Notes: generated by a model from the letters alone, not told the origin. A stretch of 63,636 nt of DNA, filler included, from Candidatus Tectimicrobiota bacterium (GCA_016193065.1; 6 parts of 6 records of this genome joined end to end with filler, not necessarily neighbours in it); one strand, 5' to 3'. Positions 47,981 to 58,988 are shown, numbered from the whole stretch's first letter. Numbers and translations: made by a program.

Positions 47981-48751
47981 CTAAATAAGGGAGCGGGATT
48001 GGGATCCATCCACGGCAATGGAGGCGCCCGAGACCAAGCTCGCCTTTTCAGAGGCCAGGAAAACCACCATGTGGGCTACTTCCTCGGGGCGGCCGAAGCG
48101 CCCCAGGGGGAGTTCCTGCTCGACAAAGCGAGCGATGGCCTCCGGGTTTTCTTGCCGGCGGCGCTCCCAGCTCCCTCCGGGAAAGAGAATGGAGCCCGGC
48201 GCGACGCTGTTGACCAGGATGTTGTGAGGGGCGAGTTCCCTCGACAGGAACTTGGAAAAGCTGATGACTCCGGCCTTGGCTGCATTGTAGATCATGGAGC
48301 CCCCCCACTCGCGGCCGAAGACGGAGGCGATGTTGATGATGCGGCCGGCGCGGCGCTCCTTCATCCCGGGGACGACGAGCCGGCACATCCGCACCGTCGA
48401 CAGGAGGTTGATCTCCAGGATCTCGGACCAGTCCCGATCTTGCGTTTCCAGAACCCCTCCGGACCTTGACCCCCCCACGTTGTTTACCAGGACGTCGATG
48501 CTTCCGAACTGACGTGTTGCCTCTTCCACGAAGGCCTTGGCCTCTTCGTCGCGGGTCACATCGGCGCGGAAAGCAACAACTGTGGCTCCGAGGCCTCGCC
48601 ATTCCCCGGCCGCCGATTCCAGCCTCTCTTGCCCGCGGGCGCAGATGGCGACCCGGCACCCTTCGGCGGCAAATCCGGCGGCGATGGCCTTGCCGAGACC
48701 CCGGCTTCCTCCCGTGATGAGAACAGCCTTGTCCCTGAGCCCCAGGTCCAT
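47981..48751 (-). CDS. SDR family oxidoreductase
   Basis: TGGSRGLG, NNVG, YNAAK. Confidence 0.92.
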   Translation of the reverse strand: MDLGLRDKAVLITGGSRGLGKAIAAGFAAEGCRVAICARGQERLESAAGEWRGLGATVVAFRADVTRDEEAKAFVEEATRQFGSIDVLVNNVGGSRSGGVLETQDRDWSEILEINLLSTVRMCRLVVPGMKERRAGRIINIASVFGREWGGSMIYNAAKAGVISFSKFLSRELAPHNILVNSVAPGSILFPGGSWERRRQENPEAIARFVEQELPLGRFGRPEEVAHMVVFLASEKASLVSGASIAVDGSQSRSLI

Positions 48752-48813
48752 GTGGATTTCCTCACATAAGCTGTGCACTGTTCAGCCATGGTGCGGCAGT
48801 TGCCCTACGCTTG

Positions 48814-49686
48814 TCAATCTTTACTCTTGGTTGGACCTGAGATCTCGGTGAGTCCCCGCCCCGTTTCCTTGTCCAGAACCGTGGAGGCTGTAGGATCAAA
48901 GCCGTAAGGGCTAGGCTCGACATGGTTCTCTCGTATATTCAGGATCACGATGTCAACCCGCCGATTCATTCCCCTGCCTTCCTCGGAATCATTGGACACC
49001 AGCGGGCGAAATTCACCGTAGCCTGCGGCTGAGAGCCGGCGGGGGTCGATGCCGGAGCGCTCGCTCAGATACCGGACCAGGTTGACAGCTCGAGCTGTAG
49101 ATAGATCCCAGTTGGAGGGATAGGCCTTTGTTAAAACGGGTGTGTTATCCGTATGTCCTTCAATGCGGATAGGGATTTTCAGGGGTTTTAGGATTTCCGC
49201 GAGTTTGTCCACTACCGGCACGAGGTTGGGAACCAGCGTGGTCTCTCCCGGACGGTAGAACTCGCTGGCTGCCAGGCTCACCACCAGCCCTCGTTCGTCC
49301 ACGCGCAGGCGGGCCAGGTCTCGGATCTTGCGAACCTGGATTTCTTCTCTCAGAGTTTTAAAAATTTCATTCTGGATCTGGGCCAGAATGACGTCGTAGC
49401 CCCCTTCCCCTTCCCCGCGCCCGGCGGCCTTTTCCCCCAAGGGGAGGCTGACGGCCTGCTGTTTCTGCTCGGCGGGGAAGATGGAGGCCTTTCCCTGACC
49501 AGCCAGGCCGATGAAGTTGAAGGCGGCCTGGAAGGACGACCCCACCCTTTTCAGCTTCTTCGCGTTGACTTCGGAGATGGAGTACATGACCACGAAAAAA
49601 GCAAACAGGAGGGTGATGACGTCCGCGTAAGAGACCAGCCATCGTTCCTGATTTTCGGGGGCTTCTTCTTTTTTCTTGCGGGCCAT
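48814..49686 (-). CDS. motB: Flagellar stator MotB
   Basis: WLVSYADVITLL with conserved Asp; OmpA domain GHTD, NWDLSTARA, NRRV. Confidence 0.92.
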   Translation of the reverse strand: MARKKKEEAPENQERWLVSYADVITLLFAFFVVMYSISEVNAKKLKRVGSSFQAAFNFIGLAGQGKASIFPAEQKQQAVSLPLGEKAAGRGEGEGGYDVILAQIQNEIFKTLREEIQVRKIRDLARLRVDERGLVVSLAASEFYRPGETTLVPNLVPVVDKLAEILKPLKIPIRIEGHTDNTPVLTKAYPSNWDLSTARAVNLVRYLSERSGIDPRRLSAAGYGEFRPLVSNDSEEGRGMNRRVDIVILNIRENHVEPSPYGFDPTASTVLDKETGRGLTEISGPTKSKD

Positions 49687-49699
49687 CGTACCGGTTCCC

Positions 49700-50467
49700 T
49701 CAAGCGGCCTTGGCCGGCTCCTCTTTCTTCTCCAGGTAAATCTTCAGGCGCTCTTCCACAATGCGGGGGTTGATCCCCTCCTGGATAGCGAGCACCCCCT
49801 CCATGATCATTTCCTGGATAATCCCCCGCAGCCTGAGCTTGCGCTTCAGCTTGTTCGCCATGGGGAGGAACACGAGGTTGGCGGAGCCGACCCCGTAGAC
49901 AGTCGCTACGAAGGCCACCGCGATCCCCTCTCCGATCTTGCTAGGGTCGGCCAGATTTTCCATGGTGTGGATCAGACCAAGGACGGCCCCTAGGATGCCG
50001 ATCGTGGGGGCGAACCCTCCCGCCGCTTCGAAAATCTTCAGGGCAGCCTCTTCCTTGCTTTCGTTGATGTCGATCTCGGACTCCAGGAGAGCTTTAATGA
50101 ACGCGGGTTCCAGGCCATCCACCACGTGGCGGAGAGCCTTCCCGATCAGGGGGTCCGGGGTGTCGTGGAGGCGATTTTCCAGGGCCAGCACCCCATCCCG
50201 GCGGGCTACCGAGGATACCTCGACCAGGAACGTCTTGATCTCTTCCGCGTTGGACTTGGGTTCGAAAAAGACCTTGCGGATCAGCCCGAGTCCCCGCAGG
50301 AAATCTGCCATTGGGGTGCTGAGCATCGTGGCCCCGATGCTGCCGCCCATAACGATGATCAAGGCAGTGGGCTGGATGATGGAGCTGACCTTTCCACCCT
50401 CCAAAACCTGGCCGCCGATGATGGCCACAAACCCCAGAATGAGCCCGATGACGCTCGCTATATCCAT
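49700..50467 (-). CDS. motA: Flagellar stator MotA
   Basis: RRDGVLALE, APTIGILGAVLGLI, ATVYGV. Confidence 0.92.
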   Translation of the reverse strand: MDIASVIGLILGFVAIIGGQVLEGGKVSSIIQPTALIIVMGGSIGATMLSTPMADFLRGLGLIRKVFFEPKSNAEEIKTFLVEVSSVARRDGVLALENRLHDTPDPLIGKALRHVVDGLEPAFIKALLESEIDINESKEEAALKIFEAAGGFAPTIGILGAVLGLIHTMENLADPSKIGEGIAVAFVATVYGVGSANLVFLPMANKLKRKLRLRGIIQEMIMEGVLAIQEGINPRIVEERLKIYLEKKEEPAKAA

Positions 50468-50673
50468 TCAATTTGCCCAGTAAGAGGTGTCAGCCGTGTT
50501 CCTGCTCCCAGGTATTCTGTGTGCAGGTTCTTATCGACCGTCCGGTCCGCTTTCATTAGAAGTACTTAAAGCGATCCCGGCGTTTCTTATTGATTTTCCG
50601 TGGGTCAGGCGGGCTGGGTGGGGCGGGAAATCCTACGCAGCGGAGGGTAATTTGCCCGCTCGGGGGACTCTCG

Positions 50674-51084
50674 TCAAACCTTCTTGAGGGCGTCGATCAT
50701 TTTCTTGGCCTTGTCCAGGTGCACGGCGACTGTGGACAGGTGCTTTGAGGTGCGCTCGACCCTCTTCACCAGCGATTCGATCAGCAGGCGTACACCGCGG
50801 GGCAGATTCGCGAATTTCTCGTCGAAGGTGGTGTAGTCAATTACTCCGACGACGAGGTCGTCTATGGCGGTGACGGTGGCGGAACGCAGGCCCTTGGAGA
50901 TCAGTCCCATCTCCCCGAATATCTCCCCTTCGGAAAGTTGTTCTATGATCACGCGCTTGCCGTCGAGCTGCCTGGACACCTCCACCTTCCCCGAGAGAAC
51001 CATATAGGCGGCGTCGCTGACGGAGCCTTCCCTGAGGATCACGTCCCCCTTCTTGAATTTTTCCTCGTGATGGATTCCCTCCAT
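50674..51084 (-). CDS. Cyclic nucleotide-binding domain protein
   Basis: FGEMGLI...RSATV. Confidence 0.88.
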   Translation of the reverse strand: MEGIHHEEKFKKGDVILREGSVSDAAYMVLSGKVEVSRQLDGKRVIIEQLSEGEIFGEMGLISKGLRSATVTAIDDLVVGVIDYTTFDEKFANLPRGVRLLIESLVKRVERTSKHLSTVAVHLDKAKKMIDALKKV

Positions 51085-51292
51085 GTTAGCTCTCCCCGTC
51101 TGTTGCCGGTTCTCGCCTCGGAGGACAAGCAGTCGTCCGATTGTAATGCAACAGGTGTGCCACCTGGATTCTCATCGGCTCGGAAAGAAGATCCTTGAGT
51201 TGTGGGGGGTTGGGGGAAAGGCACACGGAGAAAAAAGCGTCCGGAATCCGGACAGGGACACATGGGTCGCAAATTGAGACTGTGAAGAGATC

Positions 51293-51613
51293 TTAAGGAT
51301 TGGGCTGGCGGATCGCCAGGATCTGGCGCTCTCTCTCCTCAATGAGGGAGTGCTTCTCCTTTTCAAATTGCGCCTTCAGAGCGGCGATAGCCCCCATTGC
51401 TTCTCCGGGCGATCCCTGGAGCAGGATCTGCTTGATCTTGGCTTCCAGCATGACCTCTTTTTCAGCAATCTTGGCCTTGTATTCCCTTTCGATCTCCGCG
51501 ACCCTCTCCTTTTGTTCCGCAGTCAAGGGAGTATAGTGTTCCTTCTCTTCCTGGTGGAGTTTCTCCGTCCTTTCCATGGCCAGGTCTCGGGCGCTCTTCA
51601 AGCCTTCGTTCAT
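51293..51613 (-). CDS. Hypothetical coiled-coil protein
   Basis: 'LKSARDLAMER'; GGAGG RBS. Confidence 0.7.
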   Translation of the reverse strand: MNEGLKSARDLAMERTEKLHQEEKEHYTPLTAEQKERVAEIEREYKAKIAEKEVMLEAKIKQILLQGSPGEAMGAIAALKAQFEKEKHSLIEERERQILAIRQPNP

Positions 51614-51649
51614 GATGTAGTCCTCCCGGTTCTCAGGGGAATTCCTTCC

Positions 51650-52644
51650 CTAATCGACAGCGGGGAGAATTTCCCGGGCAAAAAAGCGCATCTGCTCCGC
51701 CGGTTTGGGGGATGCAAAGCGCAGCACCAGGGAACGCGCTCCCTGCCGGATGAACTCTCGAAGCCAGTCCCTGCATTCCGCCGGCGCCCCGGCACAACAC
51801 CCCTGCATCTGGGACATCACCGTGTAAGGGACCCCGTAGTAAGCCTCCATGTAGGCTTCCATTTCCCGGCGAGCCTGGTTGCGGTCGGCGTGAGCCGTGA
51901 GGGTCACGTACAGAGCCGGGGTCAAGGTCTCAGGAGGGCGCCCGGCTTCGGCGACCAGAGCTTGAATTTTGGTCCAGCCTTCGGCGAAGACTTGGGGAGT
52001 TGGACTGATNNNNNNNNNNNNNNNNNNNNNNNNNNNNNNNNNNNNNNNNNNNNNNNNNNNNNNNNNAAAGCGACTCTGCGGTAGGCGTTTCCCCCCCTGC
52101 CTGCCAGCCATACGGGAGGGCCCAGGGGCTGCCTGGGGCGAAGTCCCAGGGAGCACCCGTCCACCTCGAAGTATTTTCCCCGAAAATCGACCTGCTCCCC
52201 CTTCCACAGGCGCCGCATGATCGCGATGCCCTCTTCGAAACGGCCTACCCTCTGGCCGATCGGGACGCCGCAGTTGGCAAATTCCTGTTCGACGGAGGGA
52301 TTGCGAGAGCCGATTCCCAGACCGAGGATAATCCGCCCCCCGGAAAGGATGTCCAGGTTGGCAATTGTGTTGGCCAGGAGAACCGGATGGCGCAGGGGGG
52401 AGAGGTAAACGGCGGTTCCCAGCTTGACGTTTCGGGTGCGAGTGGCCACTGCCGCCAGCGTGGTCAAAGCTTCGAACCTGGGTCTGGCCAGTACACTGTC
52501 ACCGACCCAGACGGAATGGTATCCGAGTTCCTCGGCTTCTACGGCCATCTCCAAGAGAGGAGTGAAGTCTGGTGGTGAACTGCTCTCCATCACAGCTCCT
52601 CGGGTGGGAAGAAGAAATCCAAACTGCAGAGCCTTGAGGGACAT
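51650..52644 (-). CDS. LLM-class flavin-dependent oxidoreductase spanning an N gap (52010-52066)
   Basis: AEELGYHSVWVGD, LRHPVLLA, LDILSGGR. The apparent frame change comes from the estimated gap length. Confidence 0.88.
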
Positions 52645-52903
52645 GGAAAACCTCCTGTGGAGAGGTAGAGGTTGACTTGGCGAGGCCTAAATTGAACCCG
52701 GGCCGATCCCCAACAAGTATAGGGGGACAGCGCCAGGCTGTCAACGAAGCTTGTCCAGAGTGTTCCAGGTCAGGGCGATTCGGCATTGACTCGCCCTGGA
52801 GGNNNNNNNNNNNNNNNNNNNNNNNNNNNNNNNNNNNNNNNNNNNNTTAATTAATTAANNNNNNNNNNNNNNNNNNNNNNNNNNNNNNNNNNNNNNNNNN
52901 NNC

Positions 52904-53401
52904 TTGGCCGCCTTGATGTCGGGCCAGGTCAAGGCCGTGCCGCTGCTCGATCCCGCCACCACCAAGGCGCGAGAGCAGGGACTGAACCCGCTGGTGGATC
53001 TGGCTGCCGACAAGGTGCCCTGGGTCTTCGATTCCATCGTGGTGAGGCGCAACTATCAGGAGGCGCAGCGCGAAACCCTCACGCGGTTTCTCAAAGCCTA
53101 CATTGAGGGTGCTTACCTGGCCCTGTCCGACGAGAAGCGCGCCAAGGAGCTGATCGCCCAGCAGTTCAGAACCAACGACGGCAAGGTCATCAGCGCCACC
53201 TACAACGACTTCAAGCGTCTTATGCCGCTGGATGCAGAGCCGTCCCGGGCGGGCGCCGAAAACGTGATCGAGCAGCTCCAAGCCATCGGCATCCAGGTGG
53301 GGAGCAAGAACCTGGATGACTATCTCGATACCCGCATCATTCAGAACTTGAAAAGAGAGGGGTTCTTCACCGCGCTCAAGCAGCAATACGGCGTGCAGTA
53401 A
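52904..53401 (+). CDS. NMT1/TauA-type substrate-binding protein, 5' truncated
   Basis: 'AALMSGQV.A...RFLKAYIEG...YLDTRII..L..EGF'. Confidence 0.8.
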   Translation: MAALMSGQVKAVPLLDPATTKAREQGLNPLVDLAADKVPWVFDSIVVRRNYQEAQRETLTRFLKAYIEGAYLALSDEKRAKELIAQQFRTNDGKVISATYNDFKRLMPLDAEPSRAGAENVIEQLQAIGIQVGSKNLDDYLDTRIIQNLKREGFFTALKQQYGVQ

Positions 53402-53445
53402 TCACGGGCGCAGGCGGGCTGTAGGGAAACTGACCGGCGCCGACT

Positions 53446-53748
53446 TCAGTCCAGGGCGCCGATGTCTTCCATCTCCACTGGGTAGAAGCGGGGAGCCGGC
53501 TGGGACTGGGGGTAAGTCTTGAAGAACTCACGGGCCTTTTGCGCGTAATGGCTCCACTCGGCGGGGACTTTATCCTCGGGGTAGATCCCGCCCATTAGGC
53601 AAGCTTCGCGGCACAAATCGCGGTCCGTGCAGTCCTCCGGATGGATGTAGCATTGGCCTTGCCCCCGGTAAATGCAGGTCTCCGGGCAGACCTCCACGCA
53701 ACTGCCGTCCAGGATTCCCTCACAAGGCTCACAGATGACGTAGGCCAT
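53446..53748 (-). CDS. 7Fe (FdxA-type) ferredoxin with altered second cluster motif
   Basis: MAYVICEPC...SCVEVCP..CIY...YIHPEDCTDRDLCREAC. Confidence 0.8.
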   Translation of the reverse strand: MAYVICEPCEGILDGSCVEVCPETCIYRGQGQCYIHPEDCTDRDLCREACLMGGIYPEDKVPAEWSHYAQKAREFFKTYPQSQPAPRFYPVEMEDIGALD

Positions 53749-54008
53749 TTTCTACCTCCTGAGTATGCCGGATAACCCCCTTTTCCAATATGACAAGGAA
53801 GGGGCGCGAAAATCAAGGGAATAATTTCACAAAGCGGAAGAAGATGCAGATCAAGGAGAAAGGGTGCAATAGGAGTCAGATGAAAGAGTGGATTGTTCCT
53901 CGTGCTGTGAAGCAGTATAATCCGGCCACGCTTGAGCGGGACCCCAGCACAGGTTGTTTCAGGAGACCGCAAGTTTCCGCTGCCTCCACCTCGCAGGAGA
54001 AAAAAGAA

Positions 54009-55742
54009 TTGAACGCCATCGACCTGGAAGTGATTTACCAATCGACGCTGCAAATTGCCCGGGAGCTGACACTGAACATGCTGCGCACGGGCTACTCGAC
54101 CATCATCAAAGAAAGCCAGGATTTCACCTTTGCTATCTTCGATGCGCGCGGGCGCATGGTGGCCCAGGGGATCCCCCAGCCGCTGCACATCGGCCCTCTG
54201 GCAGCCCAGATCCAGGAAATCCGCCGGGTTTACCGGGGGAAGATCGAGCCCGGGGATGCGTTTATTGTGAATCATCCGTACCGGGCCTGTCAGAATCATG
54301 CCACGGACATTACGATCATCTCCCCCATGTTTGTCGGAGAACGACTCACGGGGTTCATCGGCAACATCGCTCACAAACCCGATCTGGGGGGAAAGGTCCC
54401 CGGCACGAACAGCGGCGATGCGACGGACCTCTTCCAGGAAGGCCTTCTGATCCCGCCCTTAAAGCTTCTGCGCCGGGGCGAACTCAACAGTGATCTCTAC
54501 GAGATGATTTGCGCCAATACCCGCACGCCGGAGGTCACCTGGGGAGACATCAACGCCCAGGCCAACACGAACGTCTACGGCCTGGAGAGATTCACCGAGC
54601 TCTTCGGGAAGTATGGGGTGGACAAGGTTCTGTCCTGCTGGGAGCGCTGGATGGAGATCTGTGAGACCGAGCTGCGCAAGGAAATTGCCAAGGTGCCTGC
54701 GGGGCTCTACGGCCCCGAGTCCGATTATCTCGACGACGATGGGGTGGATCTGGATCGACCCTACCGGATTACGGCTTCCCTCGAGGTTAAAGGGGACAGG
54801 CTACATTTCATCCTGGACAGCGACCCGCAGGCGCGCGGGCCCATCAACCTGCGCCCCTGCGTTTCCCGCAACTTCATCGAGTGCTGCGTCAAGATGGTCT
54901 TTGCTCCCCAGCTCCCGGTCAACGACGGGTTGTCGCGCCCGGTCCGCATTTCCTATCCGCCGGAGGGTTCCCTTCTCAACCCCCGCTACCCGGCCCCGGT
55001 GAACATGTACGTGCGCCCGAGCCAGATCACCACCTCGGTGATCGTCCGGGTGCTGGCCCATGCGCTGCCCGGCCGCGTCCCGGCGCCGGGCAGCGCCGCC
55101 GGCGGCTCCCTCAGCACCGCGGGATATCACCCGAGGTGGGGGCGCTGGTACTCCCAGTACGAGATTTTCTCTGGCGGCTCCGGAGCGCGGCCCCACGGCG
55201 ACGGGGTGAGCGCCATGGACGAGCTGGTGGTCAACGTCATGAACACCCCCGTGGAGGCCGTCGAGAGCGAGTTCCCGGTGCGGGTCGAATCCTACGAGCT
55301 GGTGCCCGACTCGGCGGGCCCCGGCACGTTCCGCGGCGGGCTGGGCACCCGCCGGCAGTGGAGGATTCTGGCCGAGGAGTCCGTCATCAATCTGCGCACG
55401 GATCGCTTCAAGTTCTCCTCTCCCGGAGTGTTTGGCGCCAAGCCTGCTCGGCCCTCCCAGGCCTGCTTGAATCCAGGAACGCCGCAGGAGCGACCGTTGA
55501 CCTCGAAGGTCGCGAACCTGCGCCTCAAGAAAGGGGACCTGCTGTCCTGGGAGCTGGCCGGCGGCGGAGGCTGGGGGGATCCCTTACAGCGGGACCCCGA
55601 GCGGGTCCGCCAGGATGTCCTCTGTGGATATGTCTCCTTGGAAGTGGCCAGGACGGACTACGGGGTGGTGCTGAACCCTGAGGATCTGAGCATTGATCGG
55701 GAAGCCACAGCCCGCTTGCGTGCGGAGGGCGCCCGGTCATGA
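54009..55742 (+). CDS. Hydantoinase B/oxoprolinase family
   Basis: STIIKESQDF, NHPY, H..D.GG, FQEG, NTPVE..E..FP; TTG start after AGGAG. Confidence 0.92.
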   Translation: MNAIDLEVIYQSTLQIARELTLNMLRTGYSTIIKESQDFTFAIFDARGRMVAQGIPQPLHIGPLAAQIQEIRRVYRGKIEPGDAFIVNHPYRACQNHATDITIISPMFVGERLTGFIGNIAHKPDLGGKVPGTNSGDATDLFQEGLLIPPLKLLRRGELNSDLYEMICANTRTPEVTWGDINAQANTNVYGLERFTELFGKYGVDKVLSCWERWMEICETELRKEIAKVPAGLYGPESDYLDDDGVDLDRPYRITASLEVKGDRLHFILDSDPQARGPINLRPCVSRNFIECCVKMVFAPQLPVNDGLSRPVRISYPPEGSLLNPRYPAPVNMYVRPSQITTSVIVRVLAHALPGRVPAPGSAAGGSLSTAGYHPRWGRWYSQYEIFSGGSGARPHGDGVSAMDELVVNVMNTPVEAVESEFPVRVESYELVPDSAGPGTFRGGLGTRRQWRILAEESVINLRTDRFKFSSPGVFGAKPARPSQACLNPGTPQERPLTSKVANLRLKKGDLLSWELAGGGGWGDPLQRDPERVRQDVLCGYVSLEVARTDYGVVLNPEDLSIDREATARLRAEGARS

Positions 55743-57790
55743 GGCTGCGCATCGGGATTGATGTGGGCGGGACGTTTACGGACCTGACCGCCTTCGATGA
55801 GGACCAGGGGGAAGTTGTCGTGATCCGGAAGTACCTCTCCAACCCAGCGCAGCTCATGGCGGTCATGGAAAAGATCACCCAGGAACTGGCGCAGGAGTTT
55901 GGAGAGAACTCGGTCTCCCTGATTCTGCACGGCTCCACAGCGGCCCTCAATACGCTGCTGGAGGAGAAGGGAGTGAAGGTCGGACTGCTGACGACCCGGG
56001 GGTTTCGGGATGTCTACGAGATCGGACGCCAGTGGCGCGGAGAGGAAGTGTTTAACTTCTTTGCCCCGGCTCCCAAGATGCTCCTGACCCGGGATCGGAT
56101 CTGCGAAATCCGGGAGCGCTTGGATTACCAGGGCGAGGTTCTGGAGCCTCTGGTCCCTGAAGACGTCGTCCAGGCCGTCCGCAAGCTCCTGGCAGACAGC
56201 GTCCAGTCCATTGCGGTTTCTTTTCTCTTCTCCTACGCGAACCCTGCCCACGAAAACGCCGCCGCCCGGATCATCCGGGAGATTGCCCCGGATCTGTATC
56301 TCTCTTTTTCCAGCGAGGTAAACCCGGAGTGGCGGGAGTACGAGCGCACGGCTTCGACCGTGGCGAACGCATATATCGGACCTCCGGTGTCCCGCTACCT
56401 CCACGATCTCGAAAATCTTTCCGCCGGGAGCTTCCCGCAGGCTCGGGTCCTCATGATGAAGTCCAACGGCGGGGCGGCCAGCGCTGCGATGCTTTCCCAG
56501 ACCCCGATCCAGACCATCATGTCGGGACCCGTTGCCGGCGTCATCGGCAGCCGCTACCTGGGGGACGTGAAGGGGATCGAGAAACTGATCTCCTTGGACA
56601 CGGGGGGAACGAGCTGCGACATGGCGGTGATTCCCGGCCGACCCCTGTTTAAATCAGAAGTGTCCGTGGGGCGGCACCCGTTGCGAACCCATACGGTCGA
56701 CATCGAGACCATCGGGGCCGGCGGCGGCAGCATCGCCTCCATTCAACTCGGGGGAGTCCTCAAGGTAGGACCCCAGAGTGCGGGGGCGGATCCAGGTCCG
56801 GCTTGCTATGATCTGGGCGGCACCGACGCCACTCTCACGGACGCTCTGGTCGTGCTGGGCCATCTGAACCCATATGCGCTCCTGGAGGGTGCCATGCCGA
56901 TCTCCAGCGAGAAGGCCCTGGAGGCCGTGACCCGGCGGGTGGCCGACCCCCTGGGGATGTCTCCCGTGGAGGCTGCCTGGGGGATCTTGACGGTGCTGTC
57001 CACAAACGTAATGGCTGCCATGCGCACGATCACCATCGAGCGAGGCTATGATCCTCGCGAGTTCACCCTGATCCCGTTTGGCGGGATGGGGCCCACGATT
57101 GCCGGAAAAATCGCCCCCGAGCTCGGCCTCGGCCGCATCCTGATTCCCCGCGACCCGGGGACCTTCAGCGCTTACGGCATGCTGGTCACCGATGTACAGC
57201 AGGAGCGCAGCTTCACCCGCATCACCCTTCTGGGCCAGGCCAGCCCCGCGGATCTGGAAGCCATCTACCGGAGAATGGAAGAGGCGGCCATGGCGGATCT
57301 GTTGCGCGAAAAAATTCCTCGGGAACGCCTGCAGGCTCTGCGCTACGCCGACATGCGCTACTGCGGCCAGTCCTACGAGGTGAGCGTTCCGGTCTCCAGC
57401 CTGCGAGGGCCGGAAGACTTGGCGGAATTGGCTCGCCGTTTTCACGAAGCCCACCACAGGCGCTACGGGCACATGGCCGGGGGAGAGCCGATAGAAATCG
57501 TGAACTTCAAAGTCACCGGCATCGGGGTCATTCCCAAGCCCGCCATGAAGACGTTTGCGCTCAGCTCCGGGAGGCTTCCCTCCCCGGAAGAGGTCAGGCA
57601 GGTTTATTTCGATTCCAGAAATTCGCTCCCGGTCCCTGTGTTTCGCCGCAGTCTCCTGGAACCTGGAGCGAGAATCGAGGGGCCGGCGGTTATCGAGGAG
57701 AAGACCTCAACGACGGTTCTCTACCCGGGCCAGAGCGCCCGCCTGGACGAATATCTCAATATAGAGGTGGATCTGGAAAAATCGCAGTAG
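55739..57790 (+). CDS. Hydantoinase A/oxoprolinase family
   Basis: IDVGGTFTD, REYER, SGPVAG, DTGGTS, GAGGGS, SAGADPGPACY. Confidence 0.93.
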   Translation: MRLRIGIDVGGTFTDLTAFDEDQGEVVVIRKYLSNPAQLMAVMEKITQELAQEFGENSVSLILHGSTAALNTLLEEKGVKVGLLTTRGFRDVYEIGRQWRGEEVFNFFAPAPKMLLTRDRICEIRERLDYQGEVLEPLVPEDVVQAVRKLLADSVQSIAVSFLFSYANPAHENAAARIIREIAPDLYLSFSSEVNPEWREYERTASTVANAYIGPPVSRYLHDLENLSAGSFPQARVLMMKSNGGAASAAMLSQTPIQTIMSGPVAGVIGSRYLGDVKGIEKLISLDTGGTSCDMAVIPGRPLFKSEVSVGRHPLRTHTVDIETIGAGGGSIASIQLGGVLKVGPQSAGADPGPACYDLGGTDATLTDALVVLGHLNPYALLEGAMPISSEKALEAVTRRVADPLGMSPVEAAWGILTVLSTNVMAAMRTITIERGYDPREFTLIPFGGMGPTIAGKIAPELGLGRILIPRDPGTFSAYGMLVTDVQQERSFTRITLLGQASPADLEAIYRRMEEAAMADLLREKIPRERLQALRYADMRYCGQSYEVSVPVSSLRGPEDLAELARRFHEAHHRRYGHMAGGEPIEIVNFKVTGIGVIPKPAMKTFALSSGRLPSPEEVRQVYFDSRNSLPVPVFRRSLLEPGARIEGPAVIEEKTSTTVLYPGQSARLDEYLNIEVDLEKSQ

Positions 57791-57894
57791 GGGAGTTGGA
57801 CTCCGCAGATCCGTATTCCGGATTTGTTCCGAAGGGTAAGAGCTGAGGGGGATTGATTTGATTCAGCTTTGCGCCGCAGGGCAGGAAGGTTTTT

Positions 57895-58764
57895 ATGTTG
57901 GCACTCAACGTGGACTTGTATCTGAGAAGGCGACCGAAGTCCTTCTTGATGGCGCTGGGATTCATCCTCCTCGGGTTGATCGGCGAGATGGACTACTGGA
58001 CGGGCCGGGAAATCTCGCTTTCCATTTTTTATCTGGTGCCGATTTTTCTGGTCACCTGGTACGTGGACCGGCGGTCCGGCGCCCTCATCTCCGTCGCCGG
58101 CGCCCTGGTGTGGTATATCGTGGACTGGATGGGGGCAATCAAATACTCGCAGTCCAGCTATCCCTACTGGAANNNNNNNNNNNNNNNNNNNNNNNNNNNN
58201 NNNNNNNNNNNNNNNNNNNNNNNNNNNNNNNNNNNNNNNNNNNNNNNNNNNNNNNNNNNAAAAGCGCTGGCCAGGACGGATTCTCTGACCGGGGTGATCA
58301 ATCGTAGATATTTTTTTGAGCTGGCTCAAAGGGAAAACAGCCGGGCCCATCGCCACAAGCAGCCGTTTACCGTCATGTTCATCGACTTGGACAATTTCAA
58401 GGATGTAAACGACGTGTCCGGGCACATGACCGGCGATGCGCTCCTGCGCCTGGTGGGCGAAACGATGCGGAAAAATCTCCGGCAGACCGACATTATCGCC
58501 CGGCTCGGGGGTGACGAGTTCGCCGTCTTGCTGCCCGAGACCGGGCCTGAACCGTCCGTCCACATCGTCATGCGGAAGCTCCAGGAAAACCTATTGCAGG
58601 TCATGGAGAAGAACGGCTGGCCCGTCACCTTCAGCATCGGGGCCGTGACGTTTCTTCGTCCCCCTTCCTCGGTGGACGAGATGATCCGCTTGCCCGATGA
58701 TCTCATGTATTCGGTCAAGGGCAAGGGGAAGAATATGATCAAGTACGCGGTGTTTGACGGCTGA
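57895..58764 (+). CDS. Membrane-anchored diguanylate cyclase (internal N gap)
   Basis: TM N-terminus; DSLTG, DLDNFK, intact GGDEF. Confidence 0.9.
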   Translation: MLALNVDLYLRRRPKSFLMALGFILLGLIGEMDYWTGREISLSIFYLVPIFLVTWYVDRRSGALISVAGALVWYIVDWMGAIKYSQSSYPYWXXXXXXXXXXXXXXXXXXXXXXXXXXXXXXKALARTDSLTGVINRRYFFELAQRENSRAHRHKQPFTVMFIDLDNFKDVNDVSGHMTGDALLRLVGETMRKNLRQTDIIARLGGDEFAVLLPETGPEPSVHIVMRKLQENLLQVMEKNGWPVTFSIGAVTFLRPPSSVDEMIRLPDDLMYSVKGKGKNMIKYAVFDG

Positions 58765-58988
58765 GGGGCGGGCTCATGCATATATTCCCTTCCCCCTGGA
58801 TGGGGGAGGGCTGGGTGGGGGTGAAGAGGAAGGATATTCTCATGGCAGTGGGACAGGTGTAAAATTGAGCCACAGAAAGCCCATCGTANNNNNNNNNNNN
58901 NNNNNNNNNNNNNNNNNNNNNNNNNNNNNNNNTTAATTAATTAANNNNNNNNNNNNNNNNNNNNNNNNNNNNNNNNNNNNNNNNNNNN

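Noticed and set aside
48814-50467. Zorya ZorAB defence system
   Set aside because: MotA is normal length without the long ZorA tail, and no zorC/D/E are present.
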